Shown one piece after another: positions 1 through 10,261 of a stretch of 32,000 bases of DNA. Made by a program: the position numbers and the translations under genes. How positions within the stretch are numbered: position 1 is the first letter of the stretch; every line of letters begins with the position of its first letter. The stretch comes from an uncultured archaeon (GTDB taxonomy: Archaea > Asgardarchaeota > Thorarchaeia > Thorarchaeales > CAZPUN01): contig CAZPUN010000048.1 in the NCBI GenBank assembly GCA_964589775.1, positions 14,383-46,382 on the forward strand, read 5' to 3'. The notes below the pieces were generated by a model. The model did not search any database and was not told the DNA's origin. It was given only the letters and a program-made list of their open reading frames with translations.

Positions 1-1937
1 CCACTCATACCATAATTATCAATAAAGAAGTTAGTACCCGTAATCACAACACGACCTGTACTGATATTTAGTGCAACTAAGACTGGAGGATAATGAATAC
101 CCGAAATGGTACTATTTATCTTTCCAAATGCGACTGCAGTGGCATTTCCAGTGATATTCAAGCATGCACCATAATAATCAAATGAGAGCACGCCATCAGT
201 TATGGGATGTGATGTAATATTATCTACCAGATAAGTTCCAACTTTACCGTTAATTACAAGCGTAAACGCAGGCAATTTCTCATATGAGAATTGAACACCA
301 AATGGAGCAATTAATCGATTTGCCTCTTTAATGTTTATAGATTCATTATCTAGACCCGCAATGAATAAGCTACCACCTGCAGCTACATAATTATAATAAC
401 ATTGAACTTCAGCATCTGTCCAATTTGCCCAAGTGAGAGAAGTGCGATAGTTCTCGTCGAATTTTATAGACCAACTGCTGGGGTCTGGAATAATAATAGC
501 ATCATACCGCATTAGATTAGTCAAATTAATCTCAGAACTATTAGTGATCATTTCCACGTTTATTCCAGAGTATATCAAATTTATGTAATACATTCGAAAC
601 TGACCATATATTGAATCCATCTGCCAGAACGTATGCGAAATATCAAATGCTACATTTGCCTTGGCATCTATAAAACTAATCTGAGATTTTACATGTTGAA
701 TCGTGAAGTTTACCGCATAAAATTCCAGATCCACAAAATATGTGTCTGCAGAAATGTTGTCGGGAACATTAAATTCAACATCAATTAATCTTGTTTGATT
801 TACAAATACATGACCAGGAATTGTTATTATATTATTATTGTCCATAACTTTATGAATATAAACATAAGTCGGTTTTGATGTAATGACAGTTACATAAAAC
901 TTCGCATATGAGCCGCGGAATAATTTCATGAAATTATAAGGCAAATATTTTGGAAGTACAACCATCAGATTTGGAATTTGATCAGTAAATTCGTAAAATT
1001 TACTAGCATATTCCAGTGCATTTTTATTGTTTATGTAACCTGCACCTTCCATCCAATCGGAATATCCTAATTCAACTGCAGAGCTTAAAATGATTCCTTT
1101 AATTAGCCCTGGTGTATATTTTACGTTACGCACCTTAAATTCATGAATTATATTCGCAACAATTGCAGCAACACGAGGTGTAGCAAATGAAGTACCAATC
1201 ACTTTAGTCAGCCCGGTTGTAAAATAACCTTCAGCCACTACATCCGGTTTTAGATAGCCATCACGTACAGGTCCAGTACTACTATACCATGCAATATGAT
1301 TCGTTTCATCTATTGCACCGACAGATATAGCATATGGACTTGCAGATGGTGAATTTATATTTCCAGTACCTAATCCGTAATCTCCATCATTACCTGCAGC
1401 ACAAACAACGACAACGCCATTACTAAATGCCCAAGAAACCGCATCAAGTAATGGATCCTTAGGCAATGTCACAGAACCACCAAGAGATAAATTAATCACA
1501 TCTGCGCCTTCCTCAACAGCCCAATGAATAGCAGCAACAATACCTGCAACAGTAGCATGATCCTTAGAGGTGACTACACGCGCATTCAGAATAGCAGCAT
1601 GCGGCGAATTTTCAGCTACAACCATCGCAACATAAGTACCATGCCAATGACCATTAGGGGACGAATCCATAGTAGAAGTATCATTAACATCATAGCCATA
1701 TTCAGTTGTTATGAAACTTTTTTCTGAAACTATTCGATTCATTAGCACACCTTGTTGTGAGATACCGGAATCAATAACTGCGACTTTTACATTCAATTGT
1801 GATACTATTAATACAGGAACAACAAATGCAAAAACAAACGCAATAATGATAATTCCTACAATCAAACCAGCAATTAATTTATGCTTTTTACTGTATGTTA
1901 CATGATGTGGTTCATAGACATCCCAATCCATTACCAT
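1..1937 (-). CDS. S8 subtilisin-like serine protease with N-terminal membrane anchor and C-terminal GATase/GIFT-like domain (SKI-1/S1P-like); truncated at window edge
   Basis: Absent from the ORF track. Manual translation of key segments gives MVMDWDVYEPHHVTYSKKHKLIAGLIVGIIIIAFVFAFVVPVLIV (TM), VKVAVIDSGI (Asp codon 1770-1772), HGTYVA (His 1641-1643), VINLSLGG, VVCAAGNDG and GTSFATP (Ser 1188-1190), all in one frame. GGTG lies upstream of ATG 1937; alternative in-frame ATGs are at 1964 and 1931. Confidence 0.93.
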   Translation of the reverse strand, partial: MVMDWDVYEPHHVTYSKKHKLIAGLIVGIIIIAFVFAFVVPVLIVSQLNVKVAVIDSGISQQGVLMNRIVSEKSFITTEYGYDVNDTSTMDSSPNGHWHGTYVAMVVAENSPHAAILNARVVTSKDHATVAGIVAAIHWAVEEGADVINLSLGGSVTLPKDPLLDAVSWAFSNGVVVVCAAGNDGDYGLGTGNINSPSASPYAISVGAIDETNHIAWYSSTGPVRDGYLKPDVVAEGYFTTGLTKVIGTSFATPRVAAIVANIIHEFKVRNVKYTPGLIKGIILSSAVELGYSDWMEGAGYINNKNALEYASKFYEFTDQIPNLMVVLPKYLPYNFMKLFRGSYAKFYVTVITSKPTYVYIHKVMDNNNIITIPGHVFVNQTRLIDVEFNVPDNISADTYFVDLEFYAVNFTIQHVKSQISFIDAKANVAFDISHTFWQMDSIYGQFRMYYINLIYSGINVEMITNSSEINLTNLMRYDAIIIPDPSSWSIKFDENYRTSLTWANWTDAEVQCYYNYVAAGGSLFIAGLDNESINIKEANRLIAPFGVQFSYEKLPAFTLVINGKVGTYLVDNITSHPITDGVLSFDYYGACLNITGNATAVAFGKINSTISGIHYPPVLVALNISTGRVVITGTNFFIDNYGMS

Positions 1938-1991
1938 AGATAGCACCACATAAGAAGTAGACATAAAATGTTTAAATCTATCGACTCACGC

Positions 1992-4091
1992 TTAATTGTA
2001 TTTTAACGCAAATATCCGAATATATGTATCATGCGCCATATTATATTCTTGGAATACTAATCTTAATAGTACATGCCCGGAGTGCGAAGGTATTAATGTA
2101 TTATTAACAATAGTATACGTTTCGAATAACTGTAAAGTTATATTGTAGATATTAATTGAAGAATATACATTCTTGAAAGGTACATCGATAAGTAAATAAT
2201 TCGGGTGAAGCTCAAGTAAAAGCATATAAAGCACATTATAAGTCATTTCTTGGTTAGGTTCAGAAGCATTGTAAAACTTTATCGCAACATGATTTGTAAA
2301 ATAGGCAAGTTCACGCTGCTGAACACAGGCTATTGACTCATTATATGGTACATTTTCATTTATCCATGGAACCGCATTGGACCATCCATAATCAACAATG
2401 GGATTTCGATAATCGATATACGCAGCCCGATCAACGTATGCATAAGAATAATTTAACACAATTAGAACGATAATAAAGGATAATAAAACTCTATTATAAT
2501 AGTTCCGTCGTCTAAAGAATAGTTTGCTTATTAATAATGATACACCGATTATACACATTGTATTTGCAATATGGAAATATCGACCAATATCGTATAAATA
2601 AGTAAAATCTAAAAGAAATGGTGAGGGCGATAAATAAGTTGCAAATAGCCCAATATTAATAATATAACCAGCACCAAACAAAAGCGTCTTTTTGTCCTTT
2701 AAATTGAATAGAAAATAGCCAACAGCTATAATTACAAGAACTATCCCAATGTTAAATGAAGAAATAGCTATAGTTTTCATTATAGACTCAAATGTAGGAA
2801 GCAAAACTGGAACTATCCTTGAGCTAGGTCTTACATTACCATACATTAGTCTTTGGAAAATATATGCAGGCACATCGCCCAATCGAGATATGATTGAAAA
2901 TATGAATACCCCCAATAATTGGAAAATCCGGTCATGCATAATTAAATTATATCTTAGTATAGAATATGCAAAAATAAATGAGAACGCAAAAATTATTGAA
3001 GAAAAGATACCGAATTTTACAAGCCCATTTTGAACAGTTATGAATATTACAGAGAATATTTCAAAAATAATTAATCTAACAAATGAATCCAAAAGATTTC
3101 TTTTAGAATTATATAGAAATATAAATGGTACAAATAGAATAAATGCATAAGTTGCAGGGAACCATACCATTTGAGAAATACCCAACAGTAATCCGGATAA
3201 GATAATTTGTAATTTACTAGGCGGATCATGTAATAGCATATCAAATATTACCATTAATAGTAAAATAGCATTGATCTCAGGACCATGTAATACTGCAGAA
3301 AAATAAATGAAAAATGGACTAAGTAGAAATAATAATGTGGATACTTGAGCTGCGAATCCTGATTTTATTCTCTTTAGAATCTTATAAATTGGAACAAAAA
3401 CAAGCAAACTAGGAATTAATACAGCAATTCTAGCCCCGGTATATGAAACGTTAGATATGATCATAGAAAATGCAATCGGAAATGAAACAAACTCATGCGA
3501 AATAAGAAAACCAAAATCGAGAGATGCAAATGCAAAAATCTCGTCATTTAAGGATTTAGTGTAATACATGAACTCTTCTACAATATTTCGTGCATAATCA
3601 AAGTATAGAGCACCATCAGGAAGAATTGTCTGTAAGTTGTAAAAGATGTAAAATAAACGAGCTATAAGTCCTAAAAGAACTGCAAGTAGTATAAAACGAT
3701 TCGAAAACAAATAATCCTTAAACTTTGAAATTTTAAAATCTATATCTGACTCGCTTATTGAATAAAGCAACACAAATACAATAAAGGAATTTCCAATGAT
3801 CAAAAGAAAAACAGGATTCATAATGACGTGTAATGTCCAATATAAAGTGAATCCAACACCAAATATGAAATATTGAAATATATAACCCCAGATTATAGCA
3901 TCAAAAATAAATGTTGCAGATTCATAATTTCCAATGCGCTTTATGATCAAAACCCCGGGAAGCAAAATAAAGCCAAAAATACCAAAAATGATTTTTAGTG
4001 GTATTACTGAAAATAAATAACTAATATAAAATAGAGTAATCGCAAAAAAATAAAATGATATATATTGAAGCTTTTTATTAATATATATCAT
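1992..4091 (-). CDS. Polytopic GT-C fold glycosyltransferase (ArnT/PMT-like, GT83/GT39-like)
   Basis: Many TM helices, a DGALYFDYARNI loop after the N-terminal TMs, a GRYF motif, and a C-terminal soluble domain starting WINENVP. Confidence 0.7.
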   Translation of the reverse strand: MIYINKKLQYISFYFFAITLFYISYLFSVIPLKIIFGIFGFILLPGVLIIKRIGNYESATFIFDAIIWGYIFQYFIFGVGFTLYWTLHVIMNPVFLLIIGNSFIVFVLLYSISESDIDFKISKFKDYLFSNRFILLAVLLGLIARLFYIFYNLQTILPDGALYFDYARNIVEEFMYYTKSLNDEIFAFASLDFGFLISHEFVSFPIAFSMIISNVSYTGARIAVLIPSLLVFVPIYKILKRIKSGFAAQVSTLLFLLSPFFIYFSAVLHGPEINAILLLMVIFDMLLHDPPSKLQIILSGLLLGISQMVWFPATYAFILFVPFIFLYNSKRNLLDSFVRLIIFEIFSVIFITVQNGLVKFGIFSSIIFAFSFIFAYSILRYNLIMHDRIFQLLGVFIFSIISRLGDVPAYIFQRLMYGNVRPSSRIVPVLLPTFESIMKTIAISSFNIGIVLVIIAVGYFLFNLKDKKTLLFGAGYIINIGLFATYLSPSPFLLDFTYLYDIGRYFHIANTMCIIGVSLLISKLFFRRRNYYNRVLLSFIIVLIVLNYSYAYVDRAAYIDYRNPIVDYGWSNAVPWINENVPYNESIACVQQRELAYFTNHVAIKFYNASEPNQEMTYNVLYMLLLELHPNYLLIDVPFKNVYSSINIYNITLQLFETYTIVNNTLIPSHSGHVLLRLVFQEYNMAHDTYIRIFALKYN

Positions 4092-4188
4092 AATAATACC
4101 AACATTCTACCTTTTTCAATTAAAATTTGTTAGGTATTTAAAATAAAAGATTTGTCTTTAACCAAAAAAGTTAATTGTGAGATTATTT

Positions 4189-5520
4189 TCATTTCCAATC
4201 CAATAATCTCTTCTGACCTTCAAGCTTTCTCAGATCTGTGATGTCCTGAGTGATTTCTATTGTACCAATGTAATTGTTCTCATTATCGAAAATTGGTAAA
4301 TACTTGATATATATAAATCGGCCCATAAATTGAATCCAGAACTCTGCCTTTTTACGCTCGCCACTCTTGAAACCCTTGAGGATCTTATCGACAATATGAA
4401 CACTCTTCGGAGGATGACATTGATGAACTTTTCGGCCCAATATTGATGGTGATCTTCCAAATATTCGATGAGGACCATTTGAGAAGAAACGCACACGGTC
4501 ATCTTTATCAATGAAAGATATATCGACAGGTAAAATTTTGAAAATTTCAATTAATTCCTTCACAGATAGGAATCCCGTTCCAAGATCGATATCACCTTCA
4601 CGAACTAATTCATAATCGTCCGGCATGAGACTTTCTTGGTTCATAATTGCTGTTTTTACTTCATCAGGGATAGATAACATCTTTTCCACAGGAATCTTGG
4701 GATCTACTTCGTAAACATGTAAAGGCTTTGCAGATGGTTTCCATTCATCACCCGGTGTGACCTTGAAATAACCAATGTCGGGCTCCTGTTCCTTAATCGC
4801 AACCCATTCGCCTTCTGAAAGTAAGAAACTTAACGTAGGATAAAGAATGTTGTCTTCCCTAAAAGTCATATCAACAAGCGCTTCAATTAACTCATCAACT
4901 CGCTTCTGAACACGAGACACAAAATTACTTACGGTATCAGCTCGTTCAAATAATTTGGACAATACACGGATCGCATAACGGATTTCATCATGCTTAGTCC
5001 ATAAAACAGTCGGAACAGATGTAATACCACGCCTCTCTAAATATGGGAAAATTAACATTTCTTCACGTTCATAGTGCTTGCGTATATCACTCAAGTCTTT
5101 GAGAATGTTCTTAATAGATTGTATAAGATTTTGTTTCGTCTTATCATCAGGTGCATTTGCTAACGAACGCGCATATAACTTCAAAACTTCTGTAATCTTA
5201 ATGATTTCCTTATTCTCATCAGATAAAGTCTTCAACGGATGCCCACTTGGCAATTTATCAAATTTACCTGCACCAGTAACGGATTCTCTAAATATTTCTA
5301 CGTGTATATCACACATTGCTGCGATTTCAGCAGGCGTAACACCTTCCATAACTAATTCTTGCTCAACAACAGGAATTTCCAACGGACTAATACTTTGAAG
5401 TAGATCCTTGAACTTTTTCTTTAGCTCTTCTACATTCTCACCTGCTTGAATAGCCTTCAACATCTTCTTCATTTCTTCTTTCTTATATTCTTCATTTTGC
5501 AGCAGTTCCATTTTTATCAC
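4189..5520 (-). CDS. DUF438 + hemerythrin-like + PAS domain protein
   Basis: ISPLEIPVVEQEL and MCDIHVEIF (DUF438); GHPL, HYEREEMLIFPYLE and LWTKHDEIR (hemerythrin); PVDISFIDKDDRVRFFS and CHPPKSVHIV (PAS_10). The MELLQ ATG, just after GGTGA, is the likelier start. Confidence 0.92.
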   Translation of the reverse strand: MIKMELLQNEEYKKEEMKKMLKAIQAGENVEELKKKFKDLLQSISPLEIPVVEQELVMEGVTPAEIAAMCDIHVEIFRESVTGAGKFDKLPSGHPLKTLSDENKEIIKITEVLKLYARSLANAPDDKTKQNLIQSIKNILKDLSDIRKHYEREEMLIFPYLERRGITSVPTVLWTKHDEIRYAIRVLSKLFERADTVSNFVSRVQKRVDELIEALVDMTFREDNILYPTLSFLLSEGEWVAIKEQEPDIGYFKVTPGDEWKPSAKPLHVYEVDPKIPVEKMLSIPDEVKTAIMNQESLMPDDYELVREGDIDLGTGFLSVKELIEIFKILPVDISFIDKDDRVRFFSNGPHRIFGRSPSILGRKVHQCHPPKSVHIVDKILKGFKSGERKKAEFWIQFMGRFIYIKYLPIFDNENNYIGTIEITQDITDLRKLEGQKRLLDWK

Positions 5521-5521
5521 C

Positions 5522-5541
5522 TATATGACACATGTCATATA
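5522..5541. promoter_or_regulatory. Perfect palindromic operator TATATGACA-CA-TGTCATATA upstream of the DUF438 gene
   Basis: 9-bp perfect inverted repeat lying between a TATA-like box (~5549-5559) and the DUF438 start. Confidence 0.75.
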
Positions 5542-5615
5542 TCACTTATTTATATATAAGGTTTATGATGTGTTCGAAAAAGTACAAATAGAGGTAGTAT
5601 TCGTACCAAAAGGTT

Positions 5616-5635
5616 AATATGCCATGCGTCATATA
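5616..5635. promoter_or_regulatory. Second, degenerate operator AATATGCCA-TG-CGTCATATA upstream of the HTH regulator
   Basis: Same spacing as the 5522-5541 site with 15/18 arm positions identical. It overlaps a TATA-like TTAATAT (5614-5620). Confidence 0.65.
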
Positions 5636-5644
5636 TCTATAAAC

Positions 5645-6034
5645 ATGAAAATAAATGCATTTGAAGTCGCGTCGAGATATGTTTATCCATCTATCCGAAG
5701 ACGGATTGTAGAGATTTTGTCCAATGAACACAAATTAAATCAGCGTGAGATAGCTCGATTGATCCATATCACTCAATCTGCGGTATCGCGATATATTAGA
5801 CAAAATAGAGGAACATACATTGAGATCGAGCAGTTCAAGGACATTGATGAAGAAATTCGCAAGATGGTTCAATGGATTATTAAAGACGAGCCAAACGAAT
5901 ATGATTTGCATAAGAAGATCATTGAGATTTCATTAGAGATGCTGGGGAAGGGCTATGTGTGTGTATTTCACCATGAGATCGATGAATCTGTAGATCCATC
6001 TAGTTGTAAGACATGTATTGATCTTTTTGGTTGA
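5645..6034 (+). CDS. HTH transcriptional regulator (COG2522-like) with C-terminal CxxH...CxxC
   Basis: LNQREIARLIHITQSAVSRYI HTH, then CVFHH...CKTC. The track start (5624) falls inside the operator, so ATG 5645 (MKINAFE) is preferred. Confidence 0.85.
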   Translation: MKINAFEVASRYVYPSIRRRIVEILSNEHKLNQREIARLIHITQSAVSRYIRQNRGTYIEIEQFKDIDEEIRKMVQWIIKDEPNEYDLHKKIIEISLEMLGKGYVCVFHHEIDESVDPSSCKTCIDLFG

Positions 6035-6376
6035 AATTCGCCCTCGTGAGAGCAAGATATCTGCGTATAAAATACGTTGTAATAGATATTTAGCGAATAT
6101 ACTTCGAATCTCGGCGAGATGCTTGGATATCACTCAAATTTATTCTGAGGATGTTTTGGAATGTGATGCATTCAAGTTTCGAGCCATTATGAATCCTCAA
6201 ATTAGTTGATTGATGTTATATGTTTGCTCTTTTTTGAATATTTAGGCTATTTACTGCCGCTTTCTAAAGCGATGGTTTCTCACAGTTTATTTGTAAGAAT
6301 ACGTAATAACAAACTTTTATTAGAATAAAAAATGAATAGATAGTCGTAAAAATGGGAGAACAGGTAGTGATTTCTA

Positions 6377-7159
6377 ATGGTTTTTGATGAAGATATAATT
6401 GGTCCCAAAGACAGCATAGAATTAGAATTAAGTGATAGAAATACTCGCGAATCAAATATAAAAATGACAATACTCATTCCGATAATTGTAGTTATATTAA
6501 CGTTCATATCATTTGCATTCATTTCTGCGATTATATTATTAATTATAAATCCTAACTTTCTCTATACAGGAATTATCTTACCATGGCAGATGCAGCTGCT
6601 TAGTGCATTAGAACTATTTTTCTTAATTGTACCAGTAATTATTTTTCGTAAAGATTGGAAAAGAAAATTAGGATTCCATGCAGAAAATATAGAAAAAATA
6701 ATTTCAGAAAGTCTAATGGGGATTTTATTTGGATTTATTGTTTTTGGCGTAAATATATTAGTTGGATTTATTCAGGAAATTATCACGCCGAATACATCTG
6801 AACAGATTGACTACAGCTTTATGGTTTCAAAAGATCCAATTTCTTTAATCATTTGGGTTATAGTTATGGTGTTCTTTGTTGGGTTTAGCGAAGAAACATT
6901 ATTCAGAGGATATTTACAGAACCAATTCAAGAGGGGATTCACAAATAGATATGGTCCCCACGGAAATATCCTTGCAATTGTTTTAGCGGCATTTATTTTC
7001 GCATTAGTTCATTTAAATATCGAAGGTTTCTTGGCATTATTCGCAATGGGTATCGCACTTGGAATAATTTTTGAATATAGAAAAAACATATATACAGTCG
7101 CAGTAGCACATGGAGTTCAAAATGCCATTGTAATTCTAATTATTTCTATGACGCTATGA
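6377..7159 (+). CDS. CPBP (CAAX/Abi) intramembrane metalloprotease
   Basis: EETLFRG, FALVH and AHGVQN motifs; multiple TMs. Confidence 0.92.
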   Translation: MVFDEDIIGPKDSIELELSDRNTRESNIKMTILIPIIVVILTFISFAFISAIILLIINPNFLYTGIILPWQMQLLSALELFFLIVPVIIFRKDWKRKLGFHAENIEKIISESLMGILFGFIVFGVNILVGFIQEIITPNTSEQIDYSFMVSKDPISLIIWVIVMVFFVGFSEETLFRGYLQNQFKRGFTNRYGPHGNILAIVLAAFIFALVHLNIEGFLALFAMGIALGIIFEYRKNIYTVAVAHGVQNAIVILIISMTL

Positions 7160-7202
7160 TAGTCCTCCTCTTTATATTTTTAAAAAAGAAAAAAGCAAAA
7201 TA

Positions 7203-8366
7203 TTATGCAAGTCTTCTACGCATTGCAAAGACAATTGTTGAGAATATTACAGCGAACAATGTGAACAAAAGAACTTTAACTATCATAATCCAGTTAGTAA
7301 AGATTGAAATTCCTCTGAATGCGGCATCCATGATTAGCATTCGACCTTGATTCATAGGCATGATTTCATCAATTATTCCAACATCGAATACGCCACCACT
7401 TAAAATGAAGTTGGCAAACAATAAGAAGAGAAAACCTTGGTTCGCCTGAAGTCTGGTACTAGTCAGGACAGATATTATAACGCCCATTCCAGCACCTGAA
7501 AGAGACATCAGAGCTAGAATAATTGTTAATTCAAGATAACTCGCATTAAGTTGTAGATTAAACAAACCAATCCAGAGCACAAGGAGAAATTGACCTTGAA
7601 CAAGCCCGAAAATTGTATGCCCAAATAATTTACCAACTATTGCTTCGAACTTTGAAAGAGGTGTGAGAAGCATTCGCCCTAATGGAATATCACCTACAAT
7701 TGATTGCGCGGCTGTTGATGCGACTGCAATATGCGCGGCAAAAACAACAATAAATGCGCCTATAGTAGCACCTGCAAAATTCCCACTGGGTAGAAATTCA
7801 CGAACTGTTCGAGTCTCAATCTCACGTTGCATCCAGCCATGATCAGAACGAAATTCATCAACTACTTTTTGAAGAACATCAACCATTTGACCTTCATAAT
7901 TTAAAGAAGAACTACTGACATGCATCGGAATGAAAGCAGCAATCCCCGCAGTAACATTTCCTTCAAATCCATACGGTATCACGATATAGAGGTCTATCTC
8001 ATCATAGTACAATGCCCTTTTCGCATCATCTTCACTATTATAATAATGAACTGTCAAGTCTTCCTCCAATTCAAAATATGCACTAAAATTCTTGCTCAAA
8101 TCCTGCCCGGGATATGTGTTTGTCGGATCTTCGTCTACAATACCCCACTCTAGATGTTTAGATATCGATTCAGTTCTGGAAGTCCCTTGTGAAACCGCCA
8201 CATAAGTAGTCAGCATAATCATTCCTGGTAGAACAAATACCATAATTAACGCAGTCTTATCTTTTGTGATCGTTCGAATTTCCTTAATTATTATAGAATA
8301 AATGCGGTACAGAAATTTGCTTTTTGATTGCTGCTTCAGTACACTTTCTTTTGAACTCATAGACAT
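7203..8366 (-). CDS. ABC-2 type transporter permease
   Basis: IIKEIRTITKDKTALIMVFVLP N-terminus, an extracellular domain (GIVDED; IVIPYGF), RMLLTPLSKFEAIVGKL and C-terminal TMs. Confidence 0.88.
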   Translation of the reverse strand: MSMSSKESVLKQQSKSKFLYRIYSIIIKEIRTITKDKTALIMVFVLPGMIMLTTYVAVSQGTSRTESISKHLEWGIVDEDPTNTYPGQDLSKNFSAYFELEEDLTVHYYNSEDDAKRALYYDEIDLYIVIPYGFEGNVTAGIAAFIPMHVSSSSLNYEGQMVDVLQKVVDEFRSDHGWMQREIETRTVREFLPSGNFAGATIGAFIVVFAAHIAVASTAAQSIVGDIPLGRMLLTPLSKFEAIVGKLFGHTIFGLVQGQFLLVLWIGLFNLQLNASYLELTIILALMSLSGAGMGVIISVLTSTRLQANQGFLFLLFANFILSGGVFDVGIIDEIMPMNQGRMLIMDAAFRGISIFTNWIMIVKVLLFTLFAVIFSTIVFAMRRRLA

Positions 8367-8448
8367 CTCCCGTTAAGATTTAAGCAAAAACATTGATAAA
8401 TCCATTGCTTTGATATACTCCAAACTTTGAATACCACACAATTGGCTA

Positions 8449-9360
8449 TCATAAGAATCCCAGAACATCTGCAGAGACCAATAAATAAAGTACAAGATTC
8501 CTAATAGATATTTTCTCATGCCATCGCTGAGAAATTTGAATCACTTCAGATCTAGTAGCAGTCTTTCCATTGAAATATATCTTTCCAATAGTTCTACGGA
8601 TTCCAAGATCCCCATAGGGAAATGTATCAAACCTTCGAAGCCCGGACATTAAAGCGATTTCAGCTGTCCATTTTCCAATTCCTTTAAATTTAACGAGATA
8701 CTTTATTGCATCTTCAGTACTTAATGATGAAATATATGAGAGGTCTAGATTTCCATTAATTATTTCACTGGCAATGCTTTTTACATAATTCACTTTATAT
8801 CCAAGTTTGAATGATTTTAGTACTTCTTCATCGGCATTAAATAATTCATGAACGTTAGGAAATCCATGAATCGTGATCCCATTCATCTTTTCTGTGGGAC
8901 CGAGACCAACAACGAGATTATATGTCACAACATTGGCAAACCGATAAGATATTTGTTGTTGAATTATTCCTCGAATCAATGCTTCAAAAAAAGTATCGAA
9001 TGTGTAGGGATGGGCCCCTATTATTTTATTATATATGTGGGAAATTTTACTATCATCTCGTATTGATTCATATACTTTAGTCATATCGTAATTCGTTCCC
9101 AGAATCCATTCAACTTTTTCTTGAATTTTATTCTGATACGATTTATATTCCACTGGATAATATACGTCAAGTTGTCGTTCATTGATCTGTTCAACATGTA
9201 TTGGAATACGCAGGTTTTCAACAGTAATAATTCGGTTGAAAGACGTAGCAGTTGTTTTTTCCGGTGTAGGTTGAATATCCCGATAAATCCATGAATGAAT
9301 TGTAAGATCTAACGAATATACATTCTTTGAAGTGATTGTGAATTTATGGACATCGGACAT
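8449..9360 (-). CDS. HhH-GPD DNA glycosylase (AlkA/3-methyladenine or 8-oxoG-like)
   Basis: FEALIRGIIQQQIS, FPN, LVKFKGIGKWTAE (HhH) and FPYGDLGIRR (catalytic Asp). Confidence 0.92.
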   Translation of the reverse strand: MSDVHKFTITSKNVYSLDLTIHSWIYRDIQPTPEKTTATSFNRIITVENLRIPIHVEQINERQLDVYYPVEYKSYQNKIQEKVEWILGTNYDMTKVYESIRDDSKISHIYNKIIGAHPYTFDTFFEALIRGIIQQQISYRFANVVTYNLVVGLGPTEKMNGITIHGFPNVHELFNADEEVLKSFKLGYKVNYVKSIASEIINGNLDLSYISSLSTEDAIKYLVKFKGIGKWTAEIALMSGLRRFDTFPYGDLGIRRTIGKIYFNGKTATRSEVIQISQRWHEKISIRNLVLYLLVSADVLGFL

Positions 9361-9373
9361 CTTAAATTGACCC

Positions 9374-10204
9374 TCATATTAAGAGTAATACTATAAATGC
9401 ATCAATTGTTGCATGAAGCATTATAGGTGCAATTAGATTTTTCGTTCGTTCCCAAAGATAACCAAACATTATTCCAATAACAGCTTGAAAGACAATAGAG
9501 TGAGCAAATGCATATAATATGCTATGTGTCCCAAGATATAGAATGGGAATATGCATCAAACCAAAGATTATCGCAGAATAAAATATTCCTGCTTTTGCAG
9601 ATTTAAACAAATTGGAGATACGAGTCTGAATAACACCACGAAATAGAAATTCTTCAGGTAGTGCAGCAGCTAAGAAGTAAATAAATAAACCAATTAACAC
9701 GTTAGTTATATATATATAAGGATCAGCAAACATGTGAGATGCAAAATATGCAATTGCTAAGATTACGCCAATAATCAGGGAGAGAATTCCACCTACAAAA
9801 AGATTCTTTTTCAGATCATTCGTAGAAAATCCAAAATCGGGTAAACTGTAAGTTCTATATAATATCAGTAACGGAAATATAACCATAAATACATTTTTCC
9901 AAAGAATAGAGAACCATATGTCTGAAATATTTAAAATAATTCTAAAGTAAATTATTGATGCGACAGCCAAGATAAGAGCAAGACTCAACTCGTAGATCTC
10001 ATTGGATGTCTGAATTTGAATAACACTCATATTTTTTGTCAACTTTGTAATTGAAGGAATGAGAATTAGAAAGAATAAGCCAAAAAACACGATAAATAAA
10101 TGGAAGGGATAAAATATTACAAATATACTTAAGGATAGTACATATAATATAATAAATAACAGTATAGGATTTCTATGCTCATCATTTTGAAACATTATGA
10201 TCAC
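9374..10204 (-). CDS. Second CPBP (CAAX/Abi) intramembrane metalloprotease
   Basis: EEFLFRG, FGLMH and LHATID motifs. Confidence 0.92.
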   Translation of the reverse strand: MIIMFQNDEHRNPILLFIILYVLSLSIFVIFYPFHLFIVFFGLFFLILIPSITKLTKNMSVIQIQTSNEIYELSLALILAVASIIYFRIILNISDIWFSILWKNVFMVIFPLLILYRTYSLPDFGFSTNDLKKNLFVGGILSLIIGVILAIAYFASHMFADPYIYITNVLIGLFIYFLAAALPEEFLFRGVIQTRISNLFKSAKAGIFYSAIIFGLMHIPILYLGTHSILYAFAHSIVFQAVIGIMFGYLWERTKNLIAPIMLHATIDAFIVLLLI

Positions 10205-10261
10205 ATCTTTTTTAGTGGTGTTAAAAAGTAATCCCTATGTATAAAATTATTGGTGAGACTT

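Noticed and set aside
1524-1905. Plus-strand ORFs 1524-1727 and 1711-1905
   Set aside because: Antisense shadows of the S8 protease. The same applies to the other short track ORFs nested in real genes (e.g. 2749, 4257, 5078, 7920, 8848, 10749, 12042, 16673-17444, 18389, 20109, 21420, 28138-28881).
6018-6270. Short ORFs between the regulator and the CPBP gene
   Set aside because: They overlap the regulator, lack a clear RBS and have no recognisable motif. A gene relic is possible but cannot be supported.
6377-10204. Two CPBP 'Abi' genes as a phage-defence island
   Set aside because: The Abi label for CPBP proteases is not evidence of abortive infection, and the neighbours are housekeeping-type genes.
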